32,000 bases of DNA from Schaalia meyeri (GTDB lineage: Bacteria; Actinomycetota; Actinomycetes; Actinomycetales; Actinomycetaceae): the NCBI RefSeq assembly GCF_900105015.1, contig NZ_FNLK01000014.1, forward strand, positions 90,001 to 122,000. Reading direction: 5' to 3'. Position numbers and translations under genes: made by a program. Within the stretch, counting starts at the first letter, position 1. The number at the start of each line of letters is the position of its first letter. This document shows, one piece after another, positions 18,086 through 26,795 of this stretch. Below the pieces are notes generated by a model, which was given only the letters and a program-made list of their open reading frames with translations, searched no databases and was not told where the DNA came from.

Positions 18086-18916
18086 ATGAACAACGCCCCG
18101 ATTGGCATCTTCGACTCGGGTCTGGGTGGGCTCACGGTCGCGCGCGCGGTCATCGATAAGCTGCCCGATGAAGAGATCATCTACCTAGGGGATACCGAGC
18201 ACACGCCCTACGGTCCGCGTGCGATCGCGCAGGTGCGCTCGCTAACCCTGTCCGCGCTGGACGAGTTGGCCTCGCGCGGAGTGAAGGCCCTCGTAATTGC
18301 CTGCAATACAGCCACGGCCGCGGCGCTCGCGGATGCCCGTGAACGATACTGGATCGATGCCGGCATCCCCGTCATTGAAGTCATCACGCCGGCCGCGCGC
18401 CAGAGCGTGATCGCGACCCGTAACCGTCGCGTCGGCGTGATCGGCACGAAGGCGACGATCCAGTCCGAGGCCTACCTGCGTGCCCTCGCCGCCGTCCCGG
18501 GGCTGACGGTCTGCCAGCAGGCGTGCCCGGCGTTCGTGGACTTCGTCGAGGCGGGCATGACAACGGGGGACGAGATCGAAGCAATCGCACGGGAATACCT
18601 GGGTTCGCTGAAGGAAGCGGGGGTCGACACGCTGATTCTGGGGTGTACCCACTATCCGCTGTTGACCGGTGTGATCAGTCGCGTCATGGGCGAGGGGGTC
18701 GCGCTCGTGACCTCGTCGGAGGCGACAGCCAACGTGACGTATAACGAACTGGTGGATCGGGGCCTCTTACACGACCCGTGGTCCGTGGGTAGCGGGCCGG
18801 AGCATCAATTCCTGGCCACGGGCGCATCAGACGCGTTCTCGCTCTTGGCCCGCCGCTTCCTGGGGCCCGAGGTGGGCTCGGTGGCGCGCGTGAACACCGG
18901 CGGGGGTATCGCGTGA
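18086..18916 (+). CDS. murI: Glutamate racemase
   Basis: Carries IGIFDSGLGGLTV, ACNTA and GCTHYP motifs. Confidence 0.95.
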   Translation: MNNAPIGIFDSGLGGLTVARAVIDKLPDEEIIYLGDTEHTPYGPRAIAQVRSLTLSALDELASRGVKALVIACNTATAAALADARERYWIDAGIPVIEVITPAARQSVIATRNRRVGVIGTKATIQSEAYLRALAAVPGLTVCQQACPAFVDFVEAGMTTGDEIEAIAREYLGSLKEAGVDTLILGCTHYPLLTGVISRVMGEGVALVTSSEATANVTYNELVDRGLLHDPWSVGSGPEHQFLATGASDAFSLLARRFLGPEVGSVARVNTGGGIA

Positions 18917-19710
18917 AGCTGACTGTTATTGGCGCGACCGGCTCGATGTCGGGTCCGGATTCGCCCGCTTCGTCCTACCTGGTCCAGGCCCGTGGCGTGG
19001 ACGCCGCAACGGGGGAGGAGCGAACGTTCTCGCTTGTGTGCGACTTGGGACCCGGTGCTTTTGGTGCGCTGTGGACGCGCGTGTGTCCGCTGGAGCTGGA
19101 TGCGCTGGCACTGTCGCACTGTCATGCGGACCATATGGGCGACATCATTTCCCTGCAGGTGTACCGCAAGTGGGGCCCGGGTGCATCCAGCGCGCCGCTG
19201 CCGCTGCTGGGTCCCGGCGAGACGCTGCATCGGGTCCGGCAGATGGCGGGGGGCCCTCCGGGCGAAGCATACGAGTCTGAGTTTAGCTTCACGCGGCTTC
19301 AGCTCGGCTGCGCCTACGAGGTGGGGCCGCTAACGATACGCCCGTTTCGCGCGCTGCATCCCGTCGAGGCCTTTGGTTTTCGCATGGAGGGGCCGTCGGA
19401 GGAGGACCCCAAGCGTCGCGTGAGCCTCTTCTACACGGGCGACACGGATCGGTGCGACTCGATTATCGAGGGCGCGCGCGGCGTCGATCTGCTGCTCAGC
19501 GAGGTCGGTTTTACCTCCGACGATTCTGAACCCGATATGCACATGGATGGTTTCCGGGCGGGGGAAGTCGCGACTCTGGCTGGCGCCAAGCGTATGATCG
19601 CCACCCACATCCAGCCGTGGAACTCTAGCGAGCGGGTCGCCGCTGAGATTCGGCAGACGTGGGACGGTCCCCTTCAGTTTGCGGCAGCGGGCTTGCAGGT
19701 CTCGCTCTGA
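18913..19710 (+). CDS. Metallo-beta-lactamase-fold hydrolase (Rv1339-like position)
   Basis: HCHADHMGD (HxHxDH) motif. The GTG start overlaps the murI stop (GTGA). Confidence 0.85.
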   Translation: MKLTVIGATGSMSGPDSPASSYLVQARGVDAATGEERTFSLVCDLGPGAFGALWTRVCPLELDALALSHCHADHMGDIISLQVYRKWGPGASSAPLPLLGPGETLHRVRQMAGGPPGEAYESEFSFTRLQLGCAYEVGPLTIRPFRALHPVEAFGFRMEGPSEEDPKRRVSLFYTGDTDRCDSIIEGARGVDLLLSEVGFTSDDSEPDMHMDGFRAGEVATLAGAKRMIATHIQPWNSSERVAAEIRQTWDGPLQFAAAGLQVSL

Positions 19711-19750
19711 GAGCGTCCCTGGGCACGGAGCCGTGGCTTTTTATCGCGTC

Positions 19751-20665
19751 TTAGTCGGCCTGGGTGGAGTAGGCGTTGTGTCGCTGCCACTCGACTAGGT
19801 AGGTGCTCACGCGGGCTGGTCCGCCCGCTTCGGACCAGCCGTGATTCTTATGCCGCAGCAGGATCTTGCGGGTGCCAAGGGATGGCAGCGGGGTGACGCG
19901 CATGCCGACCGTGTGTGCGCCGGCGAGCGCCATGGCGGGCAGGATCGTCGATCCGGTGCGGGCGCGCACGAGGGATCGGGCGGCCTCGTACGTGGTGTAC
20001 AGGTGAGGTGCCCATTTCGTGGCGGGGAATGCCTTGGTGATACGGCGCATGACGTGGTCGCCGCTGCTTCCGGGACTGACGCGCAGCCAGGTCAGGTCCG
20101 CGAGATCCTGGGTGGAGCCGATGGGAGGGGCGGAGTCGGGGGTGACCAGGACCCACGGTTCGTCGATGAAAGGAGCGTCCGTGTAGCCGTGCGGCGCGAG
20201 GCCGGGGTTTTCGTCCCGCTCGATGACGAGAATGTCGAAGCGGCCGGTGCGCAGGGAAGCCATGCCGGGTGTTTCTTCTGTCTCCTCGATGCGCAGGTCG
20301 ATCCCGGGCAGGGCTTCGGCCAGATCTGGTAGCGCGGGGATCAGGGTGGAGCGGCAGATCGTGAGAAATGCTCCCAGTGTGACGGTGCCGGTCACCTGCC
20401 CGGTGAGGGGACGGAGGGCTTTGAGAGCCTCGGCGATATCAGCGTTGATGCGTTCGCCGGCGTCGGCGACGATCGCCCCTGCGGGGGTGAGAATCGCGCC
20501 GGACGTGGTGCGCTCCACCAGCTTGAGCCCGACCTCCTCCTCTAGCTTTTGGATCTGCTGGGAGACCGCCGAGGGGGAGACCATGAGGATATCGGCGGCG
20601 GCAACGATGCCTCCTTCTCGCGCGACGGACAGGAGGAACGGCAGGCGGCGGGGGTCGATGTCCAT
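19751..20665 (-). CDS. LysR family transcriptional regulator
   Basis: N-terminal HTH (LPFLLSVAREGGIVAAADILMVSPSAVSQQIQKLEEEVG) with a LysR substrate-binding body. GAGGAG lies 5 nt before the ATG. Confidence 0.9.
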   Translation of the reverse strand: MDIDPRRLPFLLSVAREGGIVAAADILMVSPSAVSQQIQKLEEEVGLKLVERTTSGAILTPAGAIVADAGERINADIAEALKALRPLTGQVTGTVTLGAFLTICRSTLIPALPDLAEALPGIDLRIEETEETPGMASLRTGRFDILVIERDENPGLAPHGYTDAPFIDEPWVLVTPDSAPPIGSTQDLADLTWLRVSPGSSGDHVMRRITKAFPATKWAPHLYTTYEAARSLVRARTGSTILPAMALAGAHTVGMRVTPLPSLGTRKILLRHKNHGWSEAGGPARVSTYLVEWQRHNAYSTQAD

Positions 20666-20751
20666 GAAAGCTCCTCGATTAAGTGAACCTGTAGGGTAAC
20701 TATAGAACTATTCAATTGTGCTTGATCAGCGGAAGGTGCATCATACATGTC

Positions 20752-21084
20752 ATGACCATCTTCCCTTCCGCAATCACTTTCCTCGGATGGACTGGCGCGG
20801 CCGCCTCCATCATCGCCTACTATCTGGTTTCCTCCAAGCGTTTCGCTCCGGACTCGCTGCGCTACCACTGCCTCAACGTCGCGAGTTGCGCGTTCCTGGC
20901 GGTTGCCTGCGCGTTCAGCGGGGCGTGGCCCTCCTGCCTGACGAACGCAATCTTCATCAGCGTTGGGTGCGTCATGATTTGGCGCGTGCGCCTCCGCCTG
21001 GCGCGCCGCATCATGCAGGTTGTCCGCTTCTGTGATGTGCGCCGTTTCCTTCCTGGCCGCGTGCGTCCGGTTCGGACTCGCTGA
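20752..21084 (+). CDS. Small integral membrane protein (resembles the CBU_0592-type family)
   Basis: About three hydrophobic segments (FLGWTGAAASIIAYYLV..., CLNVASCAFLAVACAF...) and a basic C-terminal tail. It is divergent from the LysR gene. The start choice is uncertain. Confidence 0.55.
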   Translation: MTIFPSAITFLGWTGAAASIIAYYLVSSKRFAPDSLRYHCLNVASCAFLAVACAFSGAWPSCLTNAIFISVGCVMIWRVRLRLARRIMQVVRFCDVRRFLPGRVRPVRTR

Positions 21085-21319
21085 CTCTCCCATCGATTCA
21101 GGGGGTGCCGGTTTTATCCCCTTTACCCATCAGCCAGCTAAATTAAGGTAATCGGCAGCGAATGGTCAAAGGTTTATCAAGATATGCCAAGGGAAAGTCT
21201 GTAAGTGCGGCTTCAGTGAAAAATAAGCCAACATCGATGGAAATGTGGGCGAAAAACACTCATCATAGAGGTACGATGCGTTGACAGATCCATCGCACGT
21301 ACTCAAAGAGGAGCACACC

Positions 21320-21442
21320 ATGTCCCGTTTCGTCGCATCAATACTTCGCCGCCTCACCCATCAGCGTAGGAAGCGCCAACAGCGTAACCTCCTGCAGTTC
21401 TCGATGAACCGTCCCATCATCGGCAACCTCGTCGCCCGCTGA
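21320..21442 (+). CDS. Candidate 40-aa highly basic small protein (not in ORF track)
   Basis: GAGGAG at 21308-21313 lies 6 nt before ATG 21320. The translation is MSRFVASILRRLTHQRRKRQQRNLLQFSMNRPIIGNLVAR. By my count about three quarters of third positions are G/C. A hairpin terminator follows 25 nt after the stop. Confidence 0.4.
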   Translation: MSRFVASILRRLTHQRRKRQQRNLLQFSMNRPIIGNLVAR

Positions 21443-21466
21443 TGGCGCGCCTGCGGGCGCAAAAGA

Positions 21467-21501
21467 GTGCCGGACACCTTTTGGTGCCCGGCACAACTTT
21501 T
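21467..21501. terminator. Bidirectional intrinsic terminator (sORF on +, rdgB on -)
   Basis: GTGCCGGACACC-TTTT-GGTGCCCGGCAC pairs at 11 of 12 positions. It is followed by AACTTTT on the plus strand and TCTTTTG on the minus strand. Confidence 0.65.
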
Positions 21502-21521
21502 CCTCTGATCCGCGGGTGGGG

Positions 21522-22136
21522 TCAGCTTCGCAGATACTCCACGATGCGGGGCATGAGCGCGCCAAAAGCGATGCCGCGATGGCTGATCGCGTTCTTTTCC
21601 TCCGCGCTCATCTGCGCGATCGTCACCCGGTAGCCGTCGGGGATAAAGATGGGGTCGTACCCGAAACCGCCCTGGCCGCGAGGAGAACGCGCGAGCGTCC
21701 CGCGGACCTCGCCGCGTTGGATGAACTCGCGACCGTCGGGGGTCACCAGGACTGCCGCGGAGACGAAGGCCGCGCCGCGGTGCCGGTCGGGAACATCGCT
21801 GAGCTGGTTGAGGAGCAGATTCAGGTTGGCCTCATCATCGCCGTGACGACCGGACCAGCGCGCGGAGAAAACGCCAGGTGCGCCGCCCAACACGTCCACC
21901 GCAATGCCGGAATCGTCGGCGATCGCGGCCGTTCCGGTGGCCCGTGCCAGGGCGCGGGCCTTGATGAGCGAGTTTTCTTCGAAGGTCACCCCATCCTCGA
22001 CGGGAGAGGGGACGGAAAAATCGCTCATGCGCGCGACGCAACCGGGCGTGAAACCGTGCCACGCTGGGGCCAGGATCGCCTCGAGCTCGGACAGTTTATG
22101 TTCGTTGGAAGTCGCGAAGACCAGCCGCGCGTTCAC
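21522..22136 (-). CDS. rdgB: Non-canonical purine NTP pyrophosphatase (RdgB/HAM1 family)
   Basis: [21 protein letters not shown] and SHRG motifs. The GTG start overlaps the rph stop (GTGA). Confidence 0.95.
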   Translation of the reverse strand: MNARLVFATSNEHKLSELEAILAPAWHGFTPGCVARMSDFSVPSPVEDGVTFEENSLIKARALARATGTAAIADDSGIAVDVLGGAPGVFSARWSGRHGDDEANLNLLLNQLSDVPDRHRGAAFVSAAVLVTPDGREFIQRGEVRGTLARSPRGQGGFGYDPIFIPDGYRVTIAQMSAEEKNAISHRGIAFGALMPRIVEYLRS

Positions 22137-22900
22137 GGGGTCACCTCAACTCGTTCCATGAGGGGAGCAGCAAGAGAGAGCTTCTGTGCGCGCGCCAGGA
22201 CAGCGTTGCCCGCCGTGGCCAGATCCAGCAGATCGCCCAGCTCCTCGCGGCTGAAGGGGGCGTGCTCGGCGGTCCCCTGCACCTCGATGAAGCGTCCGTC
22301 GCCGGTCTGGACGACGTTCATGTCGGTGTGCGCGCGCACGTCCTCGACGTAGGGCAGGTCCAGCATGGGAGTGCCATCAATAACACCCACGGAGACCGCG
22401 GAGACGGAGTCGGTGAGGACCTTGGCCGAGGAAGAGAGGATCGTCCGTTCCTTCGCCCACGTAATCGCATCGGCGAGGGCCACGTAGGCGCCCGTGACGG
22501 ACGCTGTGCGGGTGCCACCGTCGGCGCGCAGGACATCACAGTCCAAGACGATCGTGTTCTCACCCAGAGCGGCCACGTCGACGATGCCGCGCAGGGAGCG
22601 TCCGATCAGGCGAGAGATCTCCTGCGTGCGCCCGCCAACCTTGCCCTTGACGGACTCGCGCGAGGAACGCTGGGAAGTGGCGCGCGGGAGCATCGAGTAC
22701 TCGGCGGTCACCCAGCCCTCGCCCGAATCCTTCTTCCACCGGGGCACGCCCTCGGTGAAAGAGGCGACACACAGGACACGGGTGTCGCCGAACTCGACGA
22801 GCACGCTGCCTTCGCCGGTTCCGGACCAGCCGCGGGTCAGGGAAACGGGACGAAGCTGGGAAGGGGTGCGCCCATCGGCGCGCAGATGTGAAGTGGTCAT
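22133..22900 (-). CDS. rph: Ribonuclease PH
   Basis: [19 protein letters not shown]...[14 protein letters not shown] is the typical RNase PH signature. Confidence 0.95.
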   Translation of the reverse strand: MTTSHLRADGRTPSQLRPVSLTRGWSGTGEGSVLVEFGDTRVLCVASFTEGVPRWKKDSGEGWVTAEYSMLPRATSQRSSRESVKGKVGGRTQEISRLIGRSLRGIVDVAALGENTIVLDCDVLRADGGTRTASVTGAYVALADAITWAKERTILSSSAKVLTDSVSAVSVGVIDGTPMLDLPYVEDVRAHTDMNVVQTGDGRFIEVQGTAEHAPFSREELGDLLDLATAGNAVLARAQKLSLAAPLMERVEVTP

Positions 22901-22936
22901 GGTGCCTAGGGTAACCCACGGCGTTAACGTGGAGAC

Positions 22937-23893
22937 ATGGCTATTGATCTTCCTCTCGTCCGCGGACGCGTTGATCCGGCTGTTGCACTGCGAGAATCAG
23001 CGACCCCCGCCGCCCTGGTCCGCTCGGGTCAGGCGGATGCCATCGTCGTGGACGGCTCGGGGTTTGTGCTCCTGGAAGAGGACGGGGCTGGTTTGGCGGG
23101 CATTCCCGCGCTGCGACGCCTGGATGCGCGGGCCGCGGCGCGCCTCCTCGTGGGATCCGAGGCCTCGTTCATCGGGGTGGTCGGCTCCCGCGCGGTCGTC
23201 GCGATCGAAACGACGAGCGAGGCCCAGCCGGGGCCGTGGGCCCATCTACGAGCGGTCGGGTGGCGCCTCGGGGACGACGACGCGGCCCTGGCGCTGAGCG
23301 CGGTCGCCCTGGCGGCGTGGCACCGCAGCTTCCGTTTTTGTCCTCGATGTGCCTCTCCCGTGCGGGTGGTGTCGGGTGGATGGGCCGCCCGATGCGGCGC
23401 GTGCGACAAACTCGAGTATCCCCGCCAAGACCCCGCGGTCATCGTTCTCGTGCAGGATCACAACGACCGCGTCCTCCTGGCCCACAACGCGGCGTGGAAG
23501 CCGGGCTTCGTCTCGCTGATCGCAGGATACGTCGAGGCGGGGGAGTCACCGGAGGCGACCGTGGCCCGTGAGGTCGCGGAGGAGGTGAGCGTCGACATCG
23601 AGGAACCGACGTACGTGGGCACGCAGCCGTGGCCCTTCGGCCGCTCGCAGATGATGGGATATCGTGCGCGCACGGCGCAGAAGGCTCCGACCCCCGTCGC
23701 GGACGGAGGCGAGATCGCGTGGGCCCGTTTCTATAGCCGCGATGAGCTGACGGAGGCGTGCGGATCCGGCGAGATCCGCACGCCGGGACGCTCGTCCATC
23801 GCCCACGTGTTGCTCACCCAGTGGTATGGATCCGACCTGCCTGAAGTGCCGGAAGACACGGGACGCAACTGGGGGCATCCGATGGGACAATAG
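22937..23893 (+). CDS. nudC: NAD+ diphosphatase (NudC-type Nudix hydrolase)
   Basis: Zinc ribbon CPRC...CGAC followed by the Nudix box [30 protein letters not shown] hexamer at 22907-22912 lies upstream. Confidence 0.9.
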   Translation: MAIDLPLVRGRVDPAVALRESATPAALVRSGQADAIVVDGSGFVLLEEDGAGLAGIPALRRLDARAAARLLVGSEASFIGVVGSRAVVAIETTSEAQPGPWAHLRAVGWRLGDDDAALALSAVALAAWHRSFRFCPRCASPVRVVSGGWAARCGACDKLEYPRQDPAVIVLVQDHNDRVLLAHNAAWKPGFVSLIAGYVEAGESPEATVAREVAEEVSVDIEEPTYVGTQPWPFGRSQMMGYRARTAQKAPTPVADGGEIAWARFYSRDELTEACGSGEIRTPGRSSIAHVLLTQWYGSDLPEVPEDTGRNWGHPMGQ

Positions 23894-23897
23894 GGGC

Positions 23898-25910
23898 ATG
23901 AACCCCGAGGAACTGCTTGAGGCCCTGGATCCCGACCAGCGTACCGTCGCCACCCAGGTTGCCGGCCCCCTCGCAGTCCTGGCCGGCGCGGGTACCGGAA
24001 AGACCCGCGCGATCACGTACCGAATCGCCTACGGCGCGGCCGTTGGCGCAATCGATCCCGCGAACGTCTTGGCCGTGACCTTCACACAGCGCGCAGCTTT
24101 TGAAATGCGTCACCGCCTGGCCCAGCTGGGGGTGCCCAAGGCGCAGGCGCGAACCTTCCACTCCGCCGCGCTACGACAGCTGCGCCACTTCTGGCCGACC
24201 GTCGTCGGAGGCCCCCTGCCGGACGTCATCCCACACAAGGCCTCCCTGGTCGCGGCTTCCGCCGCCAGGCTCGGCATCACGATCGACCGCACGAACGTAC
24301 GCGACATCGCCGCCGAGGTCGAATGGGCGAAAGTATCGATGGTTGATGCCGCGCACTACGCTACGCGCGCCGCACGCCTGCAGCGCGACGTGCCCGCCGG
24401 ACTGGACGCGGCCGACATGGCGCGACTGCTCGACGTCTACGAGGATGCAAAGGCCGAGCGCGGCGTCATCGACTTTGAGGATATTCTCATCTACCTGTGC
24501 GGCATGCTCCAGGAGAGATCCGACGTCGCATCCATCGTGCGCAAACAGTATCGGTCCTTCGTGGTGGACGAGTTTCAGGACGTCAATCTGCTGCAGGCCA
24601 GGCTGCTCGATCTGTGGCTCGGGGGACGCCACGACGTCTGCGTCGTTGGCGACGTCGCGCAGACGATCTACTCTTTCACCGGCGCATCTGCGGACTACCT
24701 GACGGGATTTGGGCGCCAGCACCCGGGTGCCCGCATCGCCCGGCTCACGCGCGACTACCGATCGACTCCGCAGATAGTCACTCTGGCAAACGACGTCCTG
24801 GCTCGCGCCGAGCAGCGTGAGGGGACCGTGCGGCTGTCCAGTCAGCGTGGCGACGGCGCTCGGGTCGCCTACCGCACATACGACGACGACCGCAGCGAGG
24901 CCGAGGGGGTCGCCACGCAGATCGCCGACCTGGTTGCCGGCGGCATAGCTCCTCATTCGATCGCCATCCTCATGCGTACCAACGGTCAATCGCAAGCCTT
25001 TGAGGAGGCCCTGGGTGCGCGTGGGATTCCCGTCGCCGTGGCGGGCGGAAAGCCCTTTTTTGCGCGCGACGACGTGCGCACGGCCATCGCTCGGCTGCGC
25101 GCGGCTGCCGCCGCCGCACAGGAGGGGCCGGTCGAGACTGCCGTCCGAGACGTGCTCTCCGGGGTCGGGTGGGCCCCCGAGGCGCCCTCGGGCCAGGCCT
25201 CCTCCGAACGCTGGTCCAACATGAACGCCATCGTCGGATGGGCGGACGACAGCCAGGCGGCCACGCTCGCTGCTTTCGTCGCAGAGCTCGACGAGCGGGC
25301 CGCGTACCAGGTCGAACCGGATAAAGCGGGGGTCGAGCTGGCCACAATTCACGCCGCGAAAGGCCTCGAATGGGACGCCGTCTTCCTCGTCGGCGTGGCG
25401 GAGGGACTCCTGCCGATCTCCTACGCAAAGACCTCCGAGGCGCGCGAGGAGGAACGCCGCCTGCTCTACGTGGCCATCACCCGAGCCCGGGATCTGCTGA
25501 CGCTCTCGTGGGCGCGATCTCGGGGGGCTGACGGGCGTGGGCGGCGCAAGCGGAGTCGGCTGCTTGACGGCATCTGGCCGGAAGCCGGGGGTGTGGGCGC
25601 GCCCAAGAAGAAGCAGCGTGCATCCAGTCGTGCCCTCAATCGGGCCTTCGAAGAAGAGGCGTCTGCCCAAGCGGTCGAGCTGTTCGGTCGCCTGAAGGCG
25701 TGGCGTCTGGAAGTCTCCCGTCAGGCGGGAGTCCCTCCCTTTGCTGTCTTCACGGATCAGACGCTGCGCGACATCGCCGTGGCCATGCCCAAGACGACCA
25801 CGCAGCTGCGGGTAATTCGGGGCATCGGCGACGTCAAGGTACAGCGCTTCGCCGCGCCCGTCCTGGCCCTGGTGCGTGGCGAAGAGCCGATCATCGATGA
25901 GGGGGCGTGA
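23898..25910 (+). CDS. uvrD2: UvrD/Rep-family SF1 helicase with C-terminal HRDC domain (UvrD2-like)
   Basis: Walker A GAGTGKT, UvrD-type motifs (DEFQD, TIHAAKGLEW, YVAITRA) and a C-terminal HRDC-like segment (LKAWRLEVSRQAGVPPFAVFTDQTLRDIA). It starts 4 nt after the nudC stop. Confidence 0.9.
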   Translation: MNPEELLEALDPDQRTVATQVAGPLAVLAGAGTGKTRAITYRIAYGAAVGAIDPANVLAVTFTQRAAFEMRHRLAQLGVPKAQARTFHSAALRQLRHFWPTVVGGPLPDVIPHKASLVAASAARLGITIDRTNVRDIAAEVEWAKVSMVDAAHYATRAARLQRDVPAGLDAADMARLLDVYEDAKAERGVIDFEDILIYLCGMLQERSDVASIVRKQYRSFVVDEFQDVNLLQARLLDLWLGGRHDVCVVGDVAQTIYSFTGASADYLTGFGRQHPGARIARLTRDYRSTPQIVTLANDVLARAEQREGTVRLSSQRGDGARVAYRTYDDDRSEAEGVATQIADLVAGGIAPHSIAILMRTNGQSQAFEEALGARGIPVAVAGGKPFFARDDVRTAIARLRAAAAAAQEGPVETAVRDVLSGVGWAPEAPSGQASSERWSNMNAIVGWADDSQAATLAAFVAELDERAAYQVEPDKAGVELATIHAAKGLEWDAVFLVGVAEGLLPISYAKTSEAREEERRLLYVAITRARDLLTLSWARSRGADGRGRRKRSRLLDGIWPEAGGVGAPKKKQRASSRALNRAFEEEASAQAVELFGRLKAWRLEVSRQAGVPPFAVFTDQTLRDIAVAMPKTTTQLRVIRGIGDVKVQRFAAPVLALVRGEEPIIDEGA

Positions 25911-25919
25911 GCCGGGAGC

Positions 25920-26795
25920 CTAGGATGTGATCCCGGCGATGCCGCACACGCACTCGGGCGCGGGAAAGACTCGTTCGACGCTGATGCTTCCATCCTCGTC
26001 GATCGTCGCGATCTCGCTGCATAGTTCCCTCGTTAACGCGCCGGAGACGAAGTCGCGTACAAGGCGCGCCACGCGCAGCGCCGCCGTGAAGTGGGCGAGG
26101 AGGGCCAGCGGACCGAGCGGCCAGTGGGCGAGTTCTCGCAGGTGTGTGAGGTGAAAAGCGTCCGCTTGTGCGCGCGCGTGTTCCCAGCACTGGTAGCACG
26201 GCGTGATGCCCGGTATGACGAAGGGGCCGACCTCGTAGGAGTGTTCGCCCCGCGCAACGATCAGGTGTGGCGTGTCGTGGACTGTCAGCTCAAAGGGGCT
26301 GACCGGGTCGACGACGCGGTCGTCGGAAACGATTGCGAGCTCCGCTGTCCCCTGGTAGTGGAGTCGGGATGGGGGAATGAGGGGCGACAGTTCGCGCCGC
26401 ACCGCCCGAGAGCGCGCGGTGCCGGTGTAGGCTCCCCCAAAGACGCGGTCCCAGTCCTCGTTGACGAGGCGTGGCGCGTCAACGGACAGCGTGAGCGACA
26501 GGGTATCGACCAGGCTGCGCAGTGCGAGCACGGTAGCCGGAACTGCGCCGAGAACGCCGACCGACAGGAGGGGACGCGGAGCCGCCTCGGTCAGGGAAGC
26601 CTTAGTCAGCGCAGCCAGCAGCTCTGGCGAGGCCTGGGGTGGTTCGGGTGAGTGCCCGAAGCGGGACTGGTTGCTCAGCCAGAGTTGATCGCCGGCGTGC
26701 AGGTTGTCCAGCAGGACGTGGCGACACCGATCCCCGCCGACTTGCACGCTTCCCGGACCGCGCCACAAAACGGCAGTATTGCGTGTCAGGTTCAT
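25920..26795 (-). CDS. ThiF/E1-like protein (resembles the cyclodehydratase-docking / TOMM leader-peptide-binding class)
   Basis: Strong RBS, with AAGGAG 6 nt before the ATG. The N-terminus AVLWRGPGSVQVGGD, the ThiF-like PGITPCYQCW CxxC segment and the C-terminal PECVCG support the call. The Rossmann Gly loop is degenerate (VGVLGAVPAT). Confidence 0.6.
   Translation of the reverse strand: MNLTRNTAVLWRGPGSVQVGGDRCRHVLLDNLHAGDQLWLSNQSRFGHSPEPPQASPELLAALTKASLTEAAPRPLLSVGVLGAVPATVLALRSLVDTLSLTLSVDAPRLVNEDWDRVFGGAYTGTARSRAVRRELSPLIPPSRLHYQGTAELAIVSDDRVVDPVSPFELTVHDTPHLIVARGEHSYEVGPFVIPGITPCYQCWEHARAQADAFHLTHLRELAHWPLGPLALLAHFTAALRVARLVRDFVSGALTRELCSEIATIDEDGSISVERVFPAPECVCGIAGITS

Noticed and set aside
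19711-19750. Possible terminator between the MBL gene and the LysR gene (CACGG-AG-CCGTG followed by GCTTTTTAT).
   Set aside because: The stem is only 4-5 bp with an impossibly small loop. That is too weak to call, although the T-tract is suggestive.
21166-21357. 63-aa minus-strand ORF in the AT-rich tract.
   Set aside because: It has no RBS and codon usage unlike the rest of the window. It overlaps the better-supported plus-strand sORF start, and its sequence has no recognisable features.
19711-21521. Possibility that the LysR/membrane/sORF insert is a mobile element or genomic island.
   Set aside because: I could find no integrase, transposase, flanking tRNA, terminal inverted repeats or direct repeats. 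Only the composition shift and synteny break remain, and these are reported as findings.
24171-25670. 499-aa minus-strand ORF.
   Set aside because: It lies antisense to the UvrD2-like helicase and is a low-complexity shadow ORF.
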